Source: an uncultured Pseudomonadales bacterium (GTDB lineage Bacteria > Patescibacteriota > Microgenomatia > UBA1400 > CAYXSR01). Taken from it: a stretch of 64,000 nt of DNA. The position numbers and the translations under genes were made by a program. The notes beneath the pieces were generated by a model. The model did not search any database. It was given only the letters and a program-made list of their open reading frames with translations, and was not told where the DNA came from. Position 1 is the stretch's first letter. Each line of letters begins with the position of its first letter. Location: contig CAYXSR010000001.1 in NCBI GenBank assembly GCA_964467735.1, positions 23,244 through 87,243 of the forward strand, read 5' to 3'. Below are positions 39,026-52,002 of this stretch, piece by piece.

Positions 39026-40222
39026 TTATTTAATTATTTTTGTAATAACACCAGCGCCAACAGTTTTACCACCCTCTCTAATAGCAAAACGTAAACCTTC
39101 TTCGGCAGCAACTGGTACAATCAATTTTACATTCATTTTAGCATTATCACCTGGCATAACCATTTCTACACCCTTTGGTAAGGTAACTTCTCCTGTAACA
39201 TCAGTTGTTCTAATGTAGAACTGAGGTTTGTAACCATTAAAAAAGGGAGTATGTCTACCACCTTCTTCTTTAGTTAAAATGTAAACTTCTGCCTCAAATT
39301 CAGTATGAGGAGTTGTTGTTTTAGGGACTGCTAAAACTTGACCTCTTTCGACCTGGTTTTTCTCAATTCCTCTTAAAAGAACACCGATGTTATCTCCAGC
39401 TTGACCCTCATCCATACTTTTGTTAAACATTTCCACACCAGTAACCGTGGTTGTCTGAGTATCTTTAATACCAACTATCTCTAGAGTATCACTAACTTTA
39501 ACTTTTCCTCTCTCTACTCTACCAGTAACCACTGTTCCTCTACCTTTAATTGAAAAAACATCTTCAATTGGCATTAAAAATGGTTTATCCAGATCTCGGG
39601 TAGGATTAGGAACATAGCTATCAATTGTTGATATTAATTCTTCTATCTTTTTTACCCATTCTGTATCTTTCTTTCCCGCATTAACATCTTCTAGTGCTTT
39701 TAGAGCTGATCCGCGAATAATAGGGATCTCGTCTCCTGGGAATTTATATTTTGTCAATAATTCTCTAATTTCCATCTCTACTAAATCTAAAAGCTCTGGA
39801 TCATCAACAGCATCAACCTTATTCAAAAATACAACAATTGCCGGTACATTTACTTGCCTTGCCAAAAGAATATGTTCTCTTGTTTGAGGCATTGGACCAT
39901 CAGTAGCGGCAACAACAAGAATTGCACCATCCATCTGAGCAGCACCAGTAATCATGTTTTTGATATAGTCTTTGTGTCCCGGGCAATCAATGTGGGCATA
40001 ATGTCTTTTATCTGTCTCATACTCCAAGTGAGAAACAGAAATAGTAATCCCTCTCTCTTTTTCCTCTGGAGCCTTATCAATTTCTTCAAATTTTAAAGCT
40101 TTTGCCAAATTCTTCTGGGCTAAAACTTGAGTAATGGCCGCAGAAAGAGTTGTTTTTCCATGGTCAACATGACCAATGGTACCAATATTAACGTGTGGCT
40201 TGGTACGTTGATAGGTAGCCAT
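39026..40222 (-). CDS. tuf: Elongation factor Tu
   Basis: [26 protein letters not shown]. Confidence 0.98.
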   Translation of the reverse strand: MATYQRTKPHVNIGTIGHVDHGKTTLSAAITQVLAQKNLAKALKFEEIDKAPEEKERGITISVSHLEYETDKRHYAHIDCPGHKDYIKNMITGAAQMDGAILVVAATDGPMPQTREHILLARQVNVPAIVVFLNKVDAVDDPELLDLVEMEIRELLTKYKFPGDEIPIIRGSALKALEDVNAGKKDTEWVKKIEELISTIDSYVPNPTRDLDKPFLMPIEDVFSIKGRGTVVTGRVERGKVKVSDTLEIVGIKDTQTTTVTGVEMFNKSMDEGQAGDNIGVLLRGIEKNQVERGQVLAVPKTTTPHTEFEAEVYILTKEEGGRHTPFFNGYKPQFYIRTTDVTGEVTLPKGVEMVMPGDNAKMNVKLIVPVAAEEGLRFAIREGGKTVGAGVITKIIK

Positions 40223-40241
40223 AATTTTCTCCTTTCACTTT

Positions 40242-42401
40242 TTAATTTTTGTCAATTTGTTGACTATTTTTTTTATTAATAATCTGGTCAGTTATGTTTT
40301 GAGGAACTTCCTCATAATGACTGGGTTCTAAATAAAAAGATGCTCTTCCTTGAGTCATTGATCTTAAGTTAGTAGCATACTGAGAAATCTCTGCTAAAGG
40401 AACTAGAGCACTAATAATAACTGTATTTGCTCTTGCCCTGCTACCTAAAATCTGAGCTCTCCTACTAGATAAATCGCCAATTATATCTCCCATAAATTCT
40501 TCTGGAACAGTGACCTCAATTTTCATAATTGGCTCTAAAAGTACTAAATCAGCTTGTTTGACTGCTTCTTGTAAAGCGGTTGAACCGGCAATTTTAAAAG
40601 CTAACTCCGAGGAGTCAACTTCATGATAACTACCATCATAGACGGCAACTTTCATATCGACTATTGGGTAACCAGCCAAAACACCATTTTCCATTGCTTC
40701 TTTTACTCCCTTTTCTACCGCTGGGATAAATTCTCGTGGAATTGTTCCACCTTTTATTTCATCAACAAATTCATATCCTTCTCCACGATTCTGTGGTTCG
40801 ACTCTTAACAAACAGTGTCCATATTGACCATGTCCTCCTGATTGACGAATGTACTTACCTTCAGCAGTTGCCACTTTCCTTATGGTTTCTCTATAGGCAA
40901 CCTGGGGAGCACCCGTATTAGCATCAACTTTAAACTCTCTTTTCATTCTATCAACTAAAATCTCTAGATGCAGTTCTCCCATACCGGAAATAATTGTCTG
41001 TCCTGTCTCATGATCAACTCGAATCTGAAAAGTGGGATCTTCTTCTGCTAATCTATTTAAGGCATAACTTAACTTTTCCTGATCAGCTCTAGTTTTTGGT
41101 TCAATAGCCAAAGAAATAACTGGTTGGGGAAATTTAATTGACTCTAAAAGAATTGGTCTCTCTTCTTCACATAAGGTATCGCCAGTAGTGGTTTCTTTTA
41201 AACCCACTACAGCTACAATTTCGCCAGCAAATGCTTTATTAATCTCTTCTCTTTTATTAGCATGCATTAATAGTAAACGTCCAATTCTCTCTTTTTTACC
41301 TCGAGTAGCATTAAAAACAAAACTACCAGATGTTAAAGTGCCAGAATAAACACGAATATAAGTCAAACGACCTACATGAGGATCTGTTTGAATCTTAAAA
41401 GCCAACGAAGAAAAAGGCGCCTCATTTTCAAGTGGGCGTTTTTCCTCTTGTGCTGTCTTAGGATTATAGCCTGTAACAGGCGGGATGTCAAGCGGAGAGG
41501 GGAGATAATCCACAATTGCATCAAGCAATGGTTGAACACCTTTATTACGCAAAGATGAACCACAAAAAATAGGCACCAATTTATAATCGATAGTTGCTTT
41601 TCTTAGAGTCTTTTTTAGTTCCTGCTGGGAAATTTCCTCCCCATTGAGGAATTTTTCTAATAAGACATCGTTTTGTTCACAAATGTTCTCTATTAACTTT
41701 TCCCTCTGTTTTTCGACTTCTTTCTTCATATTTTCAGGAATCTCTACTTCGCCAAATTTAGCCCCAGTCTCATCACCTTCCCAAACCAAAGCTTTTCTAT
41801 CTAACAAAAGAACAATTCCTTTAAATTCTTTTTCTTTACCAATTGGCAAAGCCATTAAGGCTGTTTTTACTTGAAGTTTATCTTCTATCTCTTCCACGGT
41901 GGCAAAAAAATCTGCTCCAGTTTTATCCATCTTATTAATAAAACAAATACGAGGAACATTATATCTATCTGCCTGACGCCAAACAGTTTCTGATTGTGAT
42001 TGAACTCCTTCTTCCCCATCAAAAATAACCACTCCGCCGTCTAAAACTCTTAAAGCTCTTTCAACCTCAGCAGTAAAATCAACGTGACCCGGAGTGTCGA
42101 TAATATTTATCCTATGAATTTTCTTATTATCTTTAACTTGATCTATTGGAGGCCAAAAAGCAGTGGTAGCCGCAGATTGAATAGTAATTCCTCTTTCTCT
42201 CTCCTGTTCCATCCAATCCATCTGAGTAGTTCCCTCATCAATATCACCAATTTTATAAGTCTTTCCAGTATAAAATAAAATTCTTTCCGTTGTAGTAGTT
42301 TTGCCCGCATCTATATGAGCAATAATACCGATATTCCGGACTCTTGAAACCGGAATAACGTCTTTTACTTTGGTATAAGAATCTTGCTGTTTTCCAGCCA
42401 T
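40242..42401 (-). CDS. fusA: Elongation factor G
   Basis: [31 protein letters not shown]. Confidence 0.98.
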   Translation of the reverse strand: MAGKQQDSYTKVKDVIPVSRVRNIGIIAHIDAGKTTTTERILFYTGKTYKIGDIDEGTTQMDWMEQERERGITIQSAATTAFWPPIDQVKDNKKIHRINIIDTPGHVDFTAEVERALRVLDGGVVIFDGEEGVQSQSETVWRQADRYNVPRICFINKMDKTGADFFATVEEIEDKLQVKTALMALPIGKEKEFKGIVLLLDRKALVWEGDETGAKFGEVEIPENMKKEVEKQREKLIENICEQNDVLLEKFLNGEEISQQELKKTLRKATIDYKLVPIFCGSSLRNKGVQPLLDAIVDYLPSPLDIPPVTGYNPKTAQEEKRPLENEAPFSSLAFKIQTDPHVGRLTYIRVYSGTLTSGSFVFNATRGKKERIGRLLLMHANKREEINKAFAGEIVAVVGLKETTTGDTLCEEERPILLESIKFPQPVISLAIEPKTRADQEKLSYALNRLAEEDPTFQIRVDHETGQTIISGMGELHLEILVDRMKREFKVDANTGAPQVAYRETIRKVATAEGKYIRQSGGHGQYGHCLLRVEPQNRGEGYEFVDEIKGGTIPREFIPAVEKGVKEAMENGVLAGYPIVDMKVAVYDGSYHEVDSSELAFKIAGSTALQEAVKQADLVLLEPIMKIEVTVPEEFMGDIIGDLSSRRAQILGSRARANTVIISALVPLAEISQYATNLRSMTQGRASFYLEPSHYEEVPQNITDQIINKKNSQQIDKN

Positions 42402-42407
42402 ATTATT

Positions 42408-42505
42408 ATTTTAACATCCTTTCAATCCAAAATGCTTCCCATTTGAGGGAAGCATTAATAAAATAAGCTTCAGATTATTGTAGCAAAAAATCCTCAAAGA
42501 GGCAA
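42408..42505 (-). promoter_or_regulatory. fusA regulatory region: two promoter motifs flanking a 10-bp hairpin
   Basis: TTGCCT-17-TACAAT (42477-42505); AATGCTTCCC/GGGAAGCATT (42431-42456); TGTTAAAAT 6 nt before the ATG. Confidence 0.6.
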
Positions 42506-42549
42506 GAATCTCTTAAATTACCCTAATTTAGGAATAAATCTAGAAGAAA

Positions 42550-43029
42550 TTACCATCGGAAGTGAGCAAAAGCCTTATTAGCATCAGCCATCTTTTCAAT
42601 TTGAGCCTTTTTCCCTATTGCACCGCCAGTATTATGATAAGCATCAATAATTTCTGCCGCTAGTTTTTCAGCAAAAGTATGAAATTGGCTATTTGGTTTC
42701 CGACGAGTTTCTAAAACTAACCATCTAATGGCTAAACTTTCTTTTCTATTTCCCTTTACTGGCATTGGAACCTGGTAGGCAGCACCGCCAACTCTTCGAG
42801 AACGAACTTCCATAATTGGTTTCATATTCTCCATTGCTTGCCTAAAAACTTCTAAGGGTTCCTTTTTTTCTTTTTCTTTAATAATCGAAAAAGCCTGATA
42901 AACATTTTTTCGGGCAATATCTTTTTTGCCGCTCTCCATAACTCTGTTTATTAGACGAGTAACCAAACGGCTTCCATATATTAGGTCTGGTTCTATTTCT
43001 CTTTTTCTGATATTAGATGATCTAGGCAT
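42550..43029 (-). CDS. rpsG: 30S ribosomal protein S7
   Basis: [24 protein letters not shown]. Confidence 0.97.
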   Translation of the reverse strand: MPRSSNIRKREIEPDLIYGSRLVTRLINRVMESGKKDIARKNVYQAFSIIKEKEKKEPLEVFRQAMENMKPIMEVRSRRVGGAAYQVPMPVKGNRKESLAIRWLVLETRRKPNSQFHTFAEKLAAEIIDAYHNTGGAIGKKAQIEKMADANKAFAHFRW

Positions 43030-43465
43030 TTTCTTCTCCTTGCTTTTTCTTTACCGACGTTTTCTTTCTTGCCCCATATTTTGATCGTCCTTTTTTACGA
43101 CTATCGACTCCTGAGGCATCATATTTACCTCTAATAATATGATATTTCACACCAGGAAGGTCTTTAACTCTTCCTGCTCTAACTAAAACAATTGAATGTT
43201 CAGCCAAATTATGTCCCTCTCCTGGAATGTAAGCAGTGAGTTCTTGTTTGTTAGAAAGACGAACTCTAGCAACTTTTCTTAAAGCAGAGTTTGGTTTTTT
43301 AGGCGTTAATGTCTTAACTAAAACACAAACACCCCGTTTTTGGGGATTAACAGTATCAACCACTTTTCTCTTTTTGGCGTTAAAGGATTTTCTTAAAGCA
43401 GTTGCCTTTATTCGTTTAGTCTTTTTCTTTCGTTTTTTTCTGATAAGTTGATTAATTGTTGGCAT
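43022..43465 (-). CDS. rpsL: 30S ribosomal protein S12
   Basis: [27 protein letters not shown]. Confidence 0.98.
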   Translation of the reverse strand: MPTINQLIRKKRKKKTKRIKATALRKSFNAKKRKVVDTVNPQKRGVCVLVKTLTPKKPNSALRKVARVRLSNKQELTAYIPGEGHNLAEHSIVLVRAGRVKDLPGVKYHIIRGKYDASGVDSRKKGRSKYGARKKTSVKKKQGEENA

Positions 43466-43467
43466 TT

Positions 43468-46400
43468 TTATACTTCTATTTTTGCTCGTTTCTCATCAAC
43501 TGGAATCAAGCGACCAATAATAACATTTTCTTTCAAACCTATCAACTTATCTGTCTTTCCAATTACTGCGGCATTAGTTAGAACACTTGATGTTTCTTGA
43601 AATGAAGCAGCTGATAACCATGACTCTGTATATAAAGCTGCTCTAGTAATACCAAGAATGGTAACCTTAGCGGTTGCTGGTTCGCCTCCTTGAGCTAAAG
43701 CCGAAGCATTTTCTTCCTCAAAACGTCTTTTTTCTACTAATTCTCCGGGTAAAAGATTGGTATCACCGGCAGTCTCAACTTTTACTTTATCGCTCATTTT
43801 AGCAACAATAACTTCAAAGTGTTTATCATTAATTGGAATGCCTTGCGACTCATAAACTTTTTGAATTTCATCAATTAGATATCGTTGAGTTTCTGATAAA
43901 CCTCTAATTTTTAAAACTTCTTTAAGATCTAAACCTCCTGAAGCAAGTTGATACCCGGCAGGAACTAAATCTCCAGTTTTTATTCTTAAAGTACTAGTTA
44001 AAGGAACTAAATATTCCTTTTCGGTAACCGGTTTAACATTTTTGTTAACAACAGTAATCTTGTAGCCTTGTTCTGTTTCTTCAACTTTTACTTTACCAGC
44101 AACTTCGGTGATCGGCGAAAGAACCTTCGGTGTTCTTGATTCAAATAATTCTTCTACCCTAGGCAAACCCTGAGTTACGTCAAGACCAACAATTCCACCA
44201 GTATGCTTAACTCTCATTGTCAATTGAGTTCCTGGTTCACCAATACTTTGAGCGGCAATAACACCAACTGGAACTCCTATTTCAACCATTTTTTTAGTTG
44301 AAAAGTCCCAACCATAACATTTTTGACAAATACCATATCTAGCTTCACAAGTTAAAGGAGAACGAACAATAATCTTTTCTATTTTTGATTTTTGAATTTG
44401 TCCCAAAATTTTTTCATCAATAACTTCACCTTTTTTTAGAATTGTTTTTCTAGTTTTAGGGTCGATAATATTTTTTGCTACCACTTTGCCTAAAATTCGA
44501 GCAAAGAAGGATTTCTCTCTCAAACCACTACGTTCAATTTCAATACCATTTTTAGTCTCACAATCATCAGCTCTAACAATCATATCGTGAGCGACGTCAA
44601 CTAATCTTCTAGTTAAATAGCCAGCATCCGCTGTTTTAATAGCTGAGTCTGTTAAACCTTTTCTAGATCCTCTAGTTGAAGTTACATATTCAAAAACTGA
44701 AAGTCCTTCTCTAAAGTTAGATTTTGTTGGCAATTCAACTATTTTCCCTAATGGATCAACAACTAAACCTCTAATAGCAGCCAATTGCTTCATTTGGTCT
44801 TTTGAAGCTCTTGTTCCTCCAGAATTAATAATCAACTTAACACTATTTTGAGATTCTAATTTTTCCCATGTCTTCTCAGAAATCTCTTCAGTTGTTTCCA
44901 TCCAGAGTTCATTAGATAGTCTTCTTTTTTCTTCCTCGGTGATTAAACCTAAATTAAAATTATTTTCAATTTCAGCTGCTTTTTTATTGGCTTCTTTGAT
45001 AATTTTGTCTTTATCTGGAATAACATAACAGTCAGCAACAGAGACTGATAAACCGGATAAAGTTGCATAATAAAAACCTAATTCCTTTAAATCATCAATT
45101 AATTTACCCAGTTTTTTATTATCTAATAGATTTAAGTTATCTTTAATAATCCTTTTTAAACTACCAGCGTTAATACTCTCATTCAAGAAAGGAAAGCTCT
45201 GGGGTAAAACATCATTAAATAAAACTCTTCCAACTGTTGTCTCTAAAATTTTTTTATCGATTTTTACTTTTATTAACTGCCGTAATTCAATCTTTTTCAT
45301 TTGATAAGCTAGAATTGCTTCTGATTCATTATAAAAAATAGTCGTATCCTTTTTAGGTAAACGAGTATCAATCGAAGTAAGATAGTAGCAACCTAAAGCA
45401 ATTTCTTTATTGGGAACGGTAATTGGTGAACCATCAGCAGGTTTCAATAAATTATTTTGAGGCATCATCAAATCAATTGTTTCTTCTATTGCCTGTTTAG
45501 ATAAAGGAATATGAACTGCCATTTGATCACCGTCAAAATCAGCGTTGTATCCAGCACAAACACAAGGATGGATTTGGATGGCATTTCCTTCCACTAAAAC
45601 AGGGAAAAATGCCTGAATACCCAACTTATGAAGAGTTGGAGCTCGGTTTAATAAAACAGGGTGGTCTTTAATAACATTTTCTAAAATATCGAAAACTTCT
45701 GGTGGCCGGCGCTCTAAAATATGTTTTGCGCTTCTAACATTTGGAGCCAAACCAGAAGCAATTAATTCATGTAAAACATATGGCTTGAACATTTCTAGAG
45801 CCATATCTTTTGGTAAGCCACATTGATTAAGCTTAAGCTCTGGGCCAACAATAATAACACTTCTACCAGAATAATCAACTCTCTTGCCTAAAAGATTTTG
45901 ACGGAAACGACCTTGTTTTCCTCTTAGCATTTCCGATAAAGAACGTAATTCTTTATTGCCTCTCCTTTGTGGTTGTCTTCCTTGAGAAACATCAATTAAA
46001 GTATCAACTGCTTCTTGGAGCATTCTTTTTTCATTCCTAAGGATAATTTCTGGAGCTCCTAAATTAATAAGATGTTTCAAGCGATTATTTCTATTGATTA
46101 CTCTTCGATATAAATCATTTAAATCAGAAGAAGCAAACCTGCCACCGGCTAATTGGACCATTGGTCGTAAGTCTGGCGGAATAACTGGTAGAACTTTCAG
46201 AACCATCCAGGAAGGATCTAGAGAAGCTTTCTTCATCCCTTCCACTACTCTTAAGCGTTTAATAGCTTTAATTTTCTTTTGACCAGAACTAGTATGAATT
46301 GTTTTCCTAAGTTGGGAAGTTAATTTGTCAAGATCTAAATCTTTTATTAAATTTAAAATACTTTCAGCACCCATCCCAACTTTTATAAAACCATCAGCAT

Positions 46401-47166
46401 TATACTCGACTAGTTTAATATATTCATCTTCTGAAAGAACTGTTTTCTTTTTAATTTTTCTGACCATCTCTTCTAAAGTCTTCAAAATCTCATCGGTTGT
46501 CTCATGTTCAGAAATTAAATTATCTTTAATACTAGCAATGTCTCTCCTAGTTTTTATCTTTGTTTCTTCAACTGCTAATTCTTGTTGTTCCTTAGATTTA
46601 ATTTTCTTTTTAATCTCTTTTATTTCTTTCTCGCTGGCTTTTTGAATTTCTGTAATCTCCTTTTCTGCTTTTTCTTTCAAGTCTTTTTTTGATTTCTCGA
46701 AATCTTTCTTAAGTTTGCTTAAAATCTGTTGTCTTTTTGTTTTATCTAATTCTAAAACTAAATAGCGAGCAAAATAGATAACTCCAGATAAATCACGAGG
46801 ACTAATATCAAGTAATAAAGAAAGTTTTGATGGAGCACCTTTAAAGAACCAAACATGAGCCACAGGACAAGCCAGACCAATATGACCCATTCTCTCCCTT
46901 CGAACTCGACTATGAGTAACTTCCACACCGCATTTATCACAAATAATTCCTTTATATCTAATCCTTTTATATTTCCCGCAATAACATTCCCAATCTTTAG
47001 TTGGTCCAAAAATCCTTTCACAAAACAAACCATCTTTTTCTGGCTTAAGAGTCCTATAGTTTATTGTCTCCGGTTTAGTAACTTCTCCATGAGACCAAGT
47101 TTTAATTTCATCAGAAGATGCAAGTTTAATAGTTAGAGTTTTAAAGTCTAAAATATTACTTTTCAT
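43468..47166 (-). CDS. rpoC: RNA polymerase subunit beta'
   Basis: [27 protein letters not shown]. Confidence 0.98.
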   Translation of the reverse strand: MKSNILDFKTLTIKLASSDEIKTWSHGEVTKPETINYRTLKPEKDGLFCERIFGPTKDWECYCGKYKRIRYKGIICDKCGVEVTHSRVRRERMGHIGLACPVAHVWFFKGAPSKLSLLLDISPRDLSGVIYFARYLVLELDKTKRQQILSKLKKDFEKSKKDLKEKAEKEITEIQKASEKEIKEIKKKIKSKEQQELAVEETKIKTRRDIASIKDNLISEHETTDEILKTLEEMVRKIKKKTVLSEDEYIKLVEYNADGFIKVGMGAESILNLIKDLDLDKLTSQLRKTIHTSSGQKKIKAIKRLRVVEGMKKASLDPSWMVLKVLPVIPPDLRPMVQLAGGRFASSDLNDLYRRVINRNNRLKHLINLGAPEIILRNEKRMLQEAVDTLIDVSQGRQPQRRGNKELRSLSEMLRGKQGRFRQNLLGKRVDYSGRSVIIVGPELKLNQCGLPKDMALEMFKPYVLHELIASGLAPNVRSAKHILERRPPEVFDILENVIKDHPVLLNRAPTLHKLGIQAFFPVLVEGNAIQIHPCVCAGYNADFDGDQMAVHIPLSKQAIEETIDLMMPQNNLLKPADGSPITVPNKEIALGCYYLTSIDTRLPKKDTTIFYNESEAILAYQMKKIELRQLIKVKIDKKILETTVGRVLFNDVLPQSFPFLNESINAGSLKRIIKDNLNLLDNKKLGKLIDDLKELGFYYATLSGLSVSVADCYVIPDKDKIIKEANKKAAEIENNFNLGLITEEEKRRLSNELWMETTEEISEKTWEKLESQNSVKLIINSGGTRASKDQMKQLAAIRGLVVDPLGKIVELPTKSNFREGLSVFEYVTSTRGSRKGLTDSAIKTADAGYLTRRLVDVAHDMIVRADDCETKNGIEIERSGLREKSFFARILGKVVAKNIIDPKTRKTILKKGEVIDEKILGQIQKSKIEKIIVRSPLTCEARYGICQKCYGWDFSTKKMVEIGVPVGVIAAQSIGEPGTQLTMRVKHTGGIVGLDVTQGLPRVEELFESRTPKVLSPITEVAGKVKVEETEQGYKITVVNKNVKPVTEKEYLVPLTSTLRIKTGDLVPAGYQLASGGLDLKEVLKIRGLSETQRYLIDEIQKVYESQGIPINDKHFEVIVAKMSDKVKVETAGDTNLLPGELVEKRRFEEENASALAQGGEPATAKVTILGITRAALYTESWLSAASFQETSSVLTNAAVIGKTDKLIGLKENVIIGRLIPVDEKRAKIEV

Positions 47167-50100
47167 TTTTTTCTTTCTCCTTTATTTCTTCTTTATTTTT
47201 TTCTTCTGTTTCCTCTTTTTCCTCTTCCGACTTTTCTTTAAACTGTCTTTCTATCACTCCACCAGGAATAATATTAAGAGATAAACTATTCAATTCTTTA
47301 ACTAAAACCTTAAAAGATTCAGGAATGGTTGCCTCAGGGATTTCTGTCCCTTTAACAATTGCCTCAAATGCTTTGGCTCTTCCAATAACGTCATCTGATT
47401 TAATAGTTAACATTTCTTGTAAAACATGAGCTACTCGGTGAGCTTCTAATGCCCAAACCTCCATCTCTCCTAATCGTTGGCCACCCATTTGAGCTTTACC
47501 ACCCAAAGGTTGCTGAGTAACCAAAGAATAAGGACCAGTTGAGCGGGCATGAGTCTTGTCCTCAACCATATGGACTAGTTTCAAAATATAACCAATCCCC
47601 ACTACTGTCTTCTCAGTAAAAGGTTCTCCTGTTCTCCCATCATATAGTGGAATTTTACCATCTTCTGGTAAACCAGCTTTTTTCATTTCTTCGACTAGTT
47701 TTTCTTCTTTCAATTCTTCAAAAACTGGTAAAGCTACTTTGTAGCCCTGTTTATAAGCAGCAAAGCCCAGCTGGGCTTCCAGTAGTTGACCTAAGTTCAT
47801 TCTGGCTAAAACAGATAAAGGAGAAATAATAATATCAACTGGAGTACCATCTTCTAAGTAAGGCATATCTGCCTGAGGAACAATTTTAGAGATAACTCCC
47901 TTATTACCATGTCTTCCAGCTAATTTATCACCAACAACAATCTTTCTTATCTGGGCTACTTTAACTTTTACTAATTTATTAACTCCTGGTTCTAATTCAT
48001 CACCTTTTTCTCTATCTAAAATTTGAACATCAACCACTGTTCCTCTTTCTCCATGAGGAACTCTCAAACTAGTATCTCTTACTTCTCTAGCTTTTTCACC
48101 AAAAATTGCTCTTAATAATCTTTCTTCTGCAGTTAATTCGGTTTCCCCTTTTGGAGCAATCTTACCAATTAAAATATCATTAGGTTCCACTTCACTACCA
48201 ACTACTACAATACCGTCTTCTGCTAAATTCTTTAATTCTGTTTCTCCAACATTTGGAATATCTCTAGTCAATTCCTCTGGACCTAGCTTTGTGTCCATTA
48301 CTGCCGCTTCATATTCATTAATATGAATTGAGGTTAATAAATCCTCTTTAACTAAACGATCAGAAACAATAATGGCATCTTCGTATCCTAATCCCTCAAA
48401 AGAGCAATAAGCAATGATTAAATTTTTACCTAGAGCTAATTCGCCATTCTTACAAGCAGGTCCATCGATAATAATATCAGCTTTTTTTACTCTTTGACCC
48501 ACCTCAACGATTGGATATTGAGAATAACAAGTTGATTGAGCACTTCTTTGAAATTTAGTTAAAAAATAAGTAATTTTATTACCAGAAACAGTAATCGATT
48601 CAGGTAGATTATCTTTTTCTTCTTTAACGTTTTTCTCTTCACTTTTATTTACTTGAATAATTATTTTGTTTGCGTCTACCAAGATTACTTTTCCACTAAA
48701 TTTTGCTCTAATCGTTCTTTCCATTGCTGTCGCTACTGTTTCTTCCATACCGGTACCAACAATTGGTGAACTCGGCTTTACTAGAGGTACTGCTTGACAT
48801 TGCATATGAGTACCCATTAAAGCTCTGTTTGCCTCATCGTGAGATAAAAAGGGAATTAAAGAAGCTGATGTTCCAACTACTTGGCGTGAAACAACATCAA
48901 TGAACTGAACATTAGTTACGGAAGCTTCTTTAAATTCACCACCAATTCTTACCGGCAGCCAGTCATCAGAAATAAATCCTTTCTCATCAATATTAACTTC
49001 TGCATGAGTGATATAGTAATCTTCCTCTTCATCGGCAGATAAATATACGATATCGTCTGTTACTTTCGTTTTTGTTTTGCTACCGACCTTCACTTTTTCT
49101 ACTTTTCTATAAGGCGCTTCCAAAAAACCATACTCATTAATTCTGCTATACAAAGATAGATAAGTGACTAAACCGATATTGGGACCTTCAGGAGATCGAA
49201 CTGGACAAATCCTACTATATTGAGAAGAGTTTATATCCCTCATTGAGAATGAGGCTCTTTCTCTAGTAACACCACCTCTGCCCATAACAGAAATTCTTCT
49301 TAAATTATCTAATTCTGCTAATGGATTTGTTTGATCTAAAATTGTAGAAAGTCTATTTCTGCGGAAAAACTCATTAATCACTGCCACCATCGGTCGAGGA
49401 TTGATTAAAACCGAAGGGGTCACTAAAGTATCAGTCTTTGCTAAACTCATCTTCTCTTTGATTGAACGTTCTAATCTTAATAAACCAACTCTAAAAGCTG
49501 TTCCTAAAACTAATTCTCCTACTCTTCTTATCCGGCGATTAGATAAATGATCGATATCATCTGTTTTCCCCTCTCCATTTTGAAGTTTTATAAGATAAGC
49601 CGTAGCAGCAACTAAATCATCTAAAGTTAAAACATATTCTCCTGGCTCATTTTGAACGTTAATTTCTAAACGTCGATTAAGTTTAAAACGGCCAACCTTA
49701 TCTAGATCATAACGTCGTGGATTAAAAAACATATCGTGGAAAAAACTACGAGCATTATCTAATATGGCTGGTTCCCCAGGTCTTAACTTCTCATAAATTT
49801 CAATTAAGGCTTCTTCTATAGTTTTGGTAGGATCTTTCTCTATAGTGTTTTGGATAAATTGATGGTCTTTGTTTTTTTCTACATCTTTAAATCTTTCAAT
49901 AATGTCCTCATCGTTTCCCAAACCAGCGGCTCTTAAAAGAGTAGTAACTGCAAATTTACGATGCCTATCAACTTTAACTGTTATTACACCATTTTTGGAG
50001 ATTGCAAACTCTAGCCATGAACCTCTTAAAGGTCTTAATTCAGCAAAATATAATGTTCTTCCTGAAGTCTGATCAACACGTCCTGAATAAAAAATTCCTG

Positions 50101-50518
50101 GACTACGAACTAGTTGATTAACTACTGCTCTTTCTACTCCATTAATAACAAAAGTCCCGCTTAAAGTCATTTGCGGGATATCACCAAGAAAAACTTCTTC
50201 TTCTATTTTCTCTTCGGTTTGCTTATTAATAAGTTTTACAACAGCTTTCAATGGTTTGTCATAAGTTAATCCTTTTCTTAAAGCCTCTGAAGGAGAATAT
50301 TTACCATCCTCAAAGTGATGTTGTAAGAATTCTAATTCCCAGTTTTTACCAGTAAAATCTTCTATAGGAGAAATTTCTTCAAGAGCTTGAGCAATTCCCT
50401 GATTTAGAAATTCATTATAGGACTCTTTTTGAATTTCTAATAAATCTAATTGAGGTAGTTTATTATATTTTTTGCCCCAAAAAAGTCGCTTTTTTGTCTT
50501 TGTTACTGAAGTTTTCAT
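47156..50518 (-). CDS. rpoB: RNA polymerase subunit beta
   Basis: [28 protein letters not shown]. Confidence 0.98.
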   Translation of the reverse strand: MKTSVTKTKKRLFWGKKYNKLPQLDLLEIQKESYNEFLNQGIAQALEEISPIEDFTGKNWELEFLQHHFEDGKYSPSEALRKGLTYDKPLKAVVKLINKQTEEKIEEEVFLGDIPQMTLSGTFVINGVERAVVNQLVRSPGIFYSGRVDQTSGRTLYFAELRPLRGSWLEFAISKNGVITVKVDRHRKFAVTTLLRAAGLGNDEDIIERFKDVEKNKDHQFIQNTIEKDPTKTIEEALIEIYEKLRPGEPAILDNARSFFHDMFFNPRRYDLDKVGRFKLNRRLEINVQNEPGEYVLTLDDLVAATAYLIKLQNGEGKTDDIDHLSNRRIRRVGELVLGTAFRVGLLRLERSIKEKMSLAKTDTLVTPSVLINPRPMVAVINEFFRRNRLSTILDQTNPLAELDNLRRISVMGRGGVTRERASFSMRDINSSQYSRICPVRSPEGPNIGLVTYLSLYSRINEYGFLEAPYRKVEKVKVGSKTKTKVTDDIVYLSADEEEDYYITHAEVNIDEKGFISDDWLPVRIGGEFKEASVTNVQFIDVVSRQVVGTSASLIPFLSHDEANRALMGTHMQCQAVPLVKPSSPIVGTGMEETVATAMERTIRAKFSGKVILVDANKIIIQVNKSEEKNVKEEKDNLPESITVSGNKITYFLTKFQRSAQSTCYSQYPIVEVGQRVKKADIIIDGPACKNGELALGKNLIIAYCSFEGLGYEDAIIVSDRLVKEDLLTSIHINEYEAAVMDTKLGPEELTRDIPNVGETELKNLAEDGIVVVGSEVEPNDILIGKIAPKGETELTAEERLLRAIFGEKAREVRDTSLRVPHGERGTVVDVQILDREKGDELEPGVNKLVKVKVAQIRKIVVGDKLAGRHGNKGVISKIVPQADMPYLEDGTPVDIIISPLSVLARMNLGQLLEAQLGFAAYKQGYKVALPVFEELKEEKLVEEMKKAGLPEDGKIPLYDGRTGEPFTEKTVVGIGYILKLVHMVEDKTHARSTGPYSLVTQQPLGGKAQMGGQRLGEMEVWALEAHRVAHVLQEMLTIKSDDVIGRAKAFEAIVKGTEIPEATIPESFKVLVKELNSLSLNIIPGGVIERQFKEKSEEEKEETEEKNKEEIKEKEKNEK

Positions 50519-50530
50519 ATTTTTTCCATT

Positions 50531-50555
50531 AAAAAATCAGGTCTCTTGAACCTGA
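50531..50555 (-). terminator. Terminator-like hairpin in the rpoB leader
   Basis: TCAGGTT-CAAGA-GACCTGA-TTTTTT, ending 12 nt before the ATG. Confidence 0.55.
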
Positions 50556-50689
50556 GTTTAAAATTTGGAATTTTTTTATTTTTCTTTCTTAATAATCAAA
50601 ATAAATCCTTTTAAAGATAAGCTCTAGTTTGAATTTTAATAAAAGATAAAAAAGACATACAAAATATGCCCTCTAAAGGTTATTTTCTC

Positions 50690-50718
50690 CTTATAACATA
50701 ATATTTTCAGGTTGTCAA
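50690..50718 (-). promoter_or_regulatory. rpoB promoter
   Basis: TTGACA-17-TATAAG with extended TG. Confidence 0.7.
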
Positions 50719-50725
50719 CAATAAG

Positions 50726-51742
50726 TTAATCGGATAAGTATTTTTGAATATTCTCGTTTTGTTCATCTAACGTTTTTGAGAAGTGTATTTTACCATATTC
50801 GTCTGATAAGTAAAACCAATAATCTGTTTTCTGTGGCTGAAGGGCTGCTTTTAAAGATGAAAGTCCAGGATTGCAGATAGGTGTAGGAGGTAAACCTTGA
50901 TTTTTATAAGTATTATAAAGTGATTCCACTTCTAAATCACTCCCTTTTAACTGAGGCCAAAAGTTACATTGATCTTTTAAATTCCGGCAATTCTTTCCTC
51001 CTACTATGTATTGAATCGCCGCATCCACTTGAAGAGGCCAATTGTTTTCCAACCGCTTTACTAAAATACCACTAACTAAATAACGATCAGATTCATACTT
51101 TGCTTCTCTTTCTATTAGTGAAGCTAGAGTAACTATTTGTTGATAAGAAAGCTTAGATGAAAAAGATAAAGAAGACATCTTATCTTCAAAGTTTTTTTTA
51201 AAAATTTCAATTATAGTTTCCGTTGAACCATCTTTGGGAATTAGGTAAGTATCCGGAAATAGGAATCCTTCTAAAGAAGCAGTTTTCTCAATAAATTCTG
51301 TTTTGTCAAACTGTCCGCCTGTTTTACTAATTTCCTTTTCTAAAATTAAAGCTATCTCCTCTCTTCTTATACCTTCTGGAATGGTTATTGGGACATCAAA
51401 ACTTCCACGAGTAAGTTGTTGGGCAATTTCAAAAGTATTCATTGAAGGAGAAAGATAGAAATCGCCAGCTTGGATTTGGCGACTTAGCCCCTCTTTAAAA
51501 ACTAAAATTTTAAAAACTAAATCACTCCTAATTAAATTATTTTCTTTTAATCCTTCAGCTACTTTATTGGCTCCCCACCCTTGAGGAATAATAAAAAGGG
51601 TCTTTTCACTATTTTTTTTATCTATCGGGCTTGTTTCTATTTGCCACCAAAATAAAAAAATCAAAAAACAAAAACTGAAGAATAATAGAAAAGAAAAAAC
51701 GAAAGCACTAAATAGTTTAGGAAATTTTTTCTTTTTGCCCAT
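50726..51742 (-). CDS. mltG: Endolytic transglycosylase MltG
   Basis: TIPEG, LEGFLFPDTY, ASLIERE, YNTY..GLPPTPICNPG. Confidence 0.93.
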   Translation of the reverse strand: MGKKKKFPKLFSAFVFSFLLFFSFCFLIFLFWWQIETSPIDKKNSEKTLFIIPQGWGANKVAEGLKENNLIRSDLVFKILVFKEGLSRQIQAGDFYLSPSMNTFEIAQQLTRGSFDVPITIPEGIRREEIALILEKEISKTGGQFDKTEFIEKTASLEGFLFPDTYLIPKDGSTETIIEIFKKNFEDKMSSLSFSSKLSYQQIVTLASLIEREAKYESDRYLVSGILVKRLENNWPLQVDAAIQYIVGGKNCRNLKDQCNFWPQLKGSDLEVESLYNTYKNQGLPPTPICNPGLSSLKAALQPQKTDYWFYLSDEYGKIHFSKTLDEQNENIQKYLSD

Positions 51743-51759
51743 GGCAATTAAGAAGCCTG

Positions 51760-51957
51760 TTAAACCTCTTCGAAAAGTGCTCTTCTATATTTGCCGGTCT
51801 TTTGGTCATGGATAAAAATCCTGCCGCATTTACAAGTAATTTTCTCAATATTTCCTTTTTTCTTAACCTTTCCCTTTCTAAGGGGCATTCCACAACCAAC
51901 ACATTGACCTCGAGACAGTAACCAAGCTTGGATAGGAGCAATAATATTTTTTAACAT
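51760..51957 (-). CDS. Small basic zinc-ribbon protein
   Basis: CVGC...CKC motifs; GGAGG upstream. Confidence 0.65.
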   Translation of the reverse strand: MLKNIIAPIQAWLLSRGQCVGCGMPLRKGKVKKKGNIEKITCKCGRIFIHDQKTGKYRRALFEEV

Positions 51958-52002
51958 TATTAACAAAAACCTCCTGTATTAGGGTATCATTTAATAAATC
52001 AG

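Noticed and set aside
29056-42532. Palindrome CCTAATTTAGG in both the secY-adk and rpsG-fusA spacers
   Set aside because: Only two copies of an AT-rich 11-mer; it cannot be distinguished from chance without a genome-wide count.
43300-43420. Insertion in ribosomal protein S12 ([11 protein letters not shown])
   Set aside because: A similar N-terminal insertion is well known in Firmicutes-type S12, and the streptomycin-site Lys residues are canonical.
51717-51941. 74-aa alternative-frame ORF overlapping the zinc-ribbon gene
   Set aside because: No SD or motif; the overlapping frame with CxxC/CxC and GGAGG is better supported.
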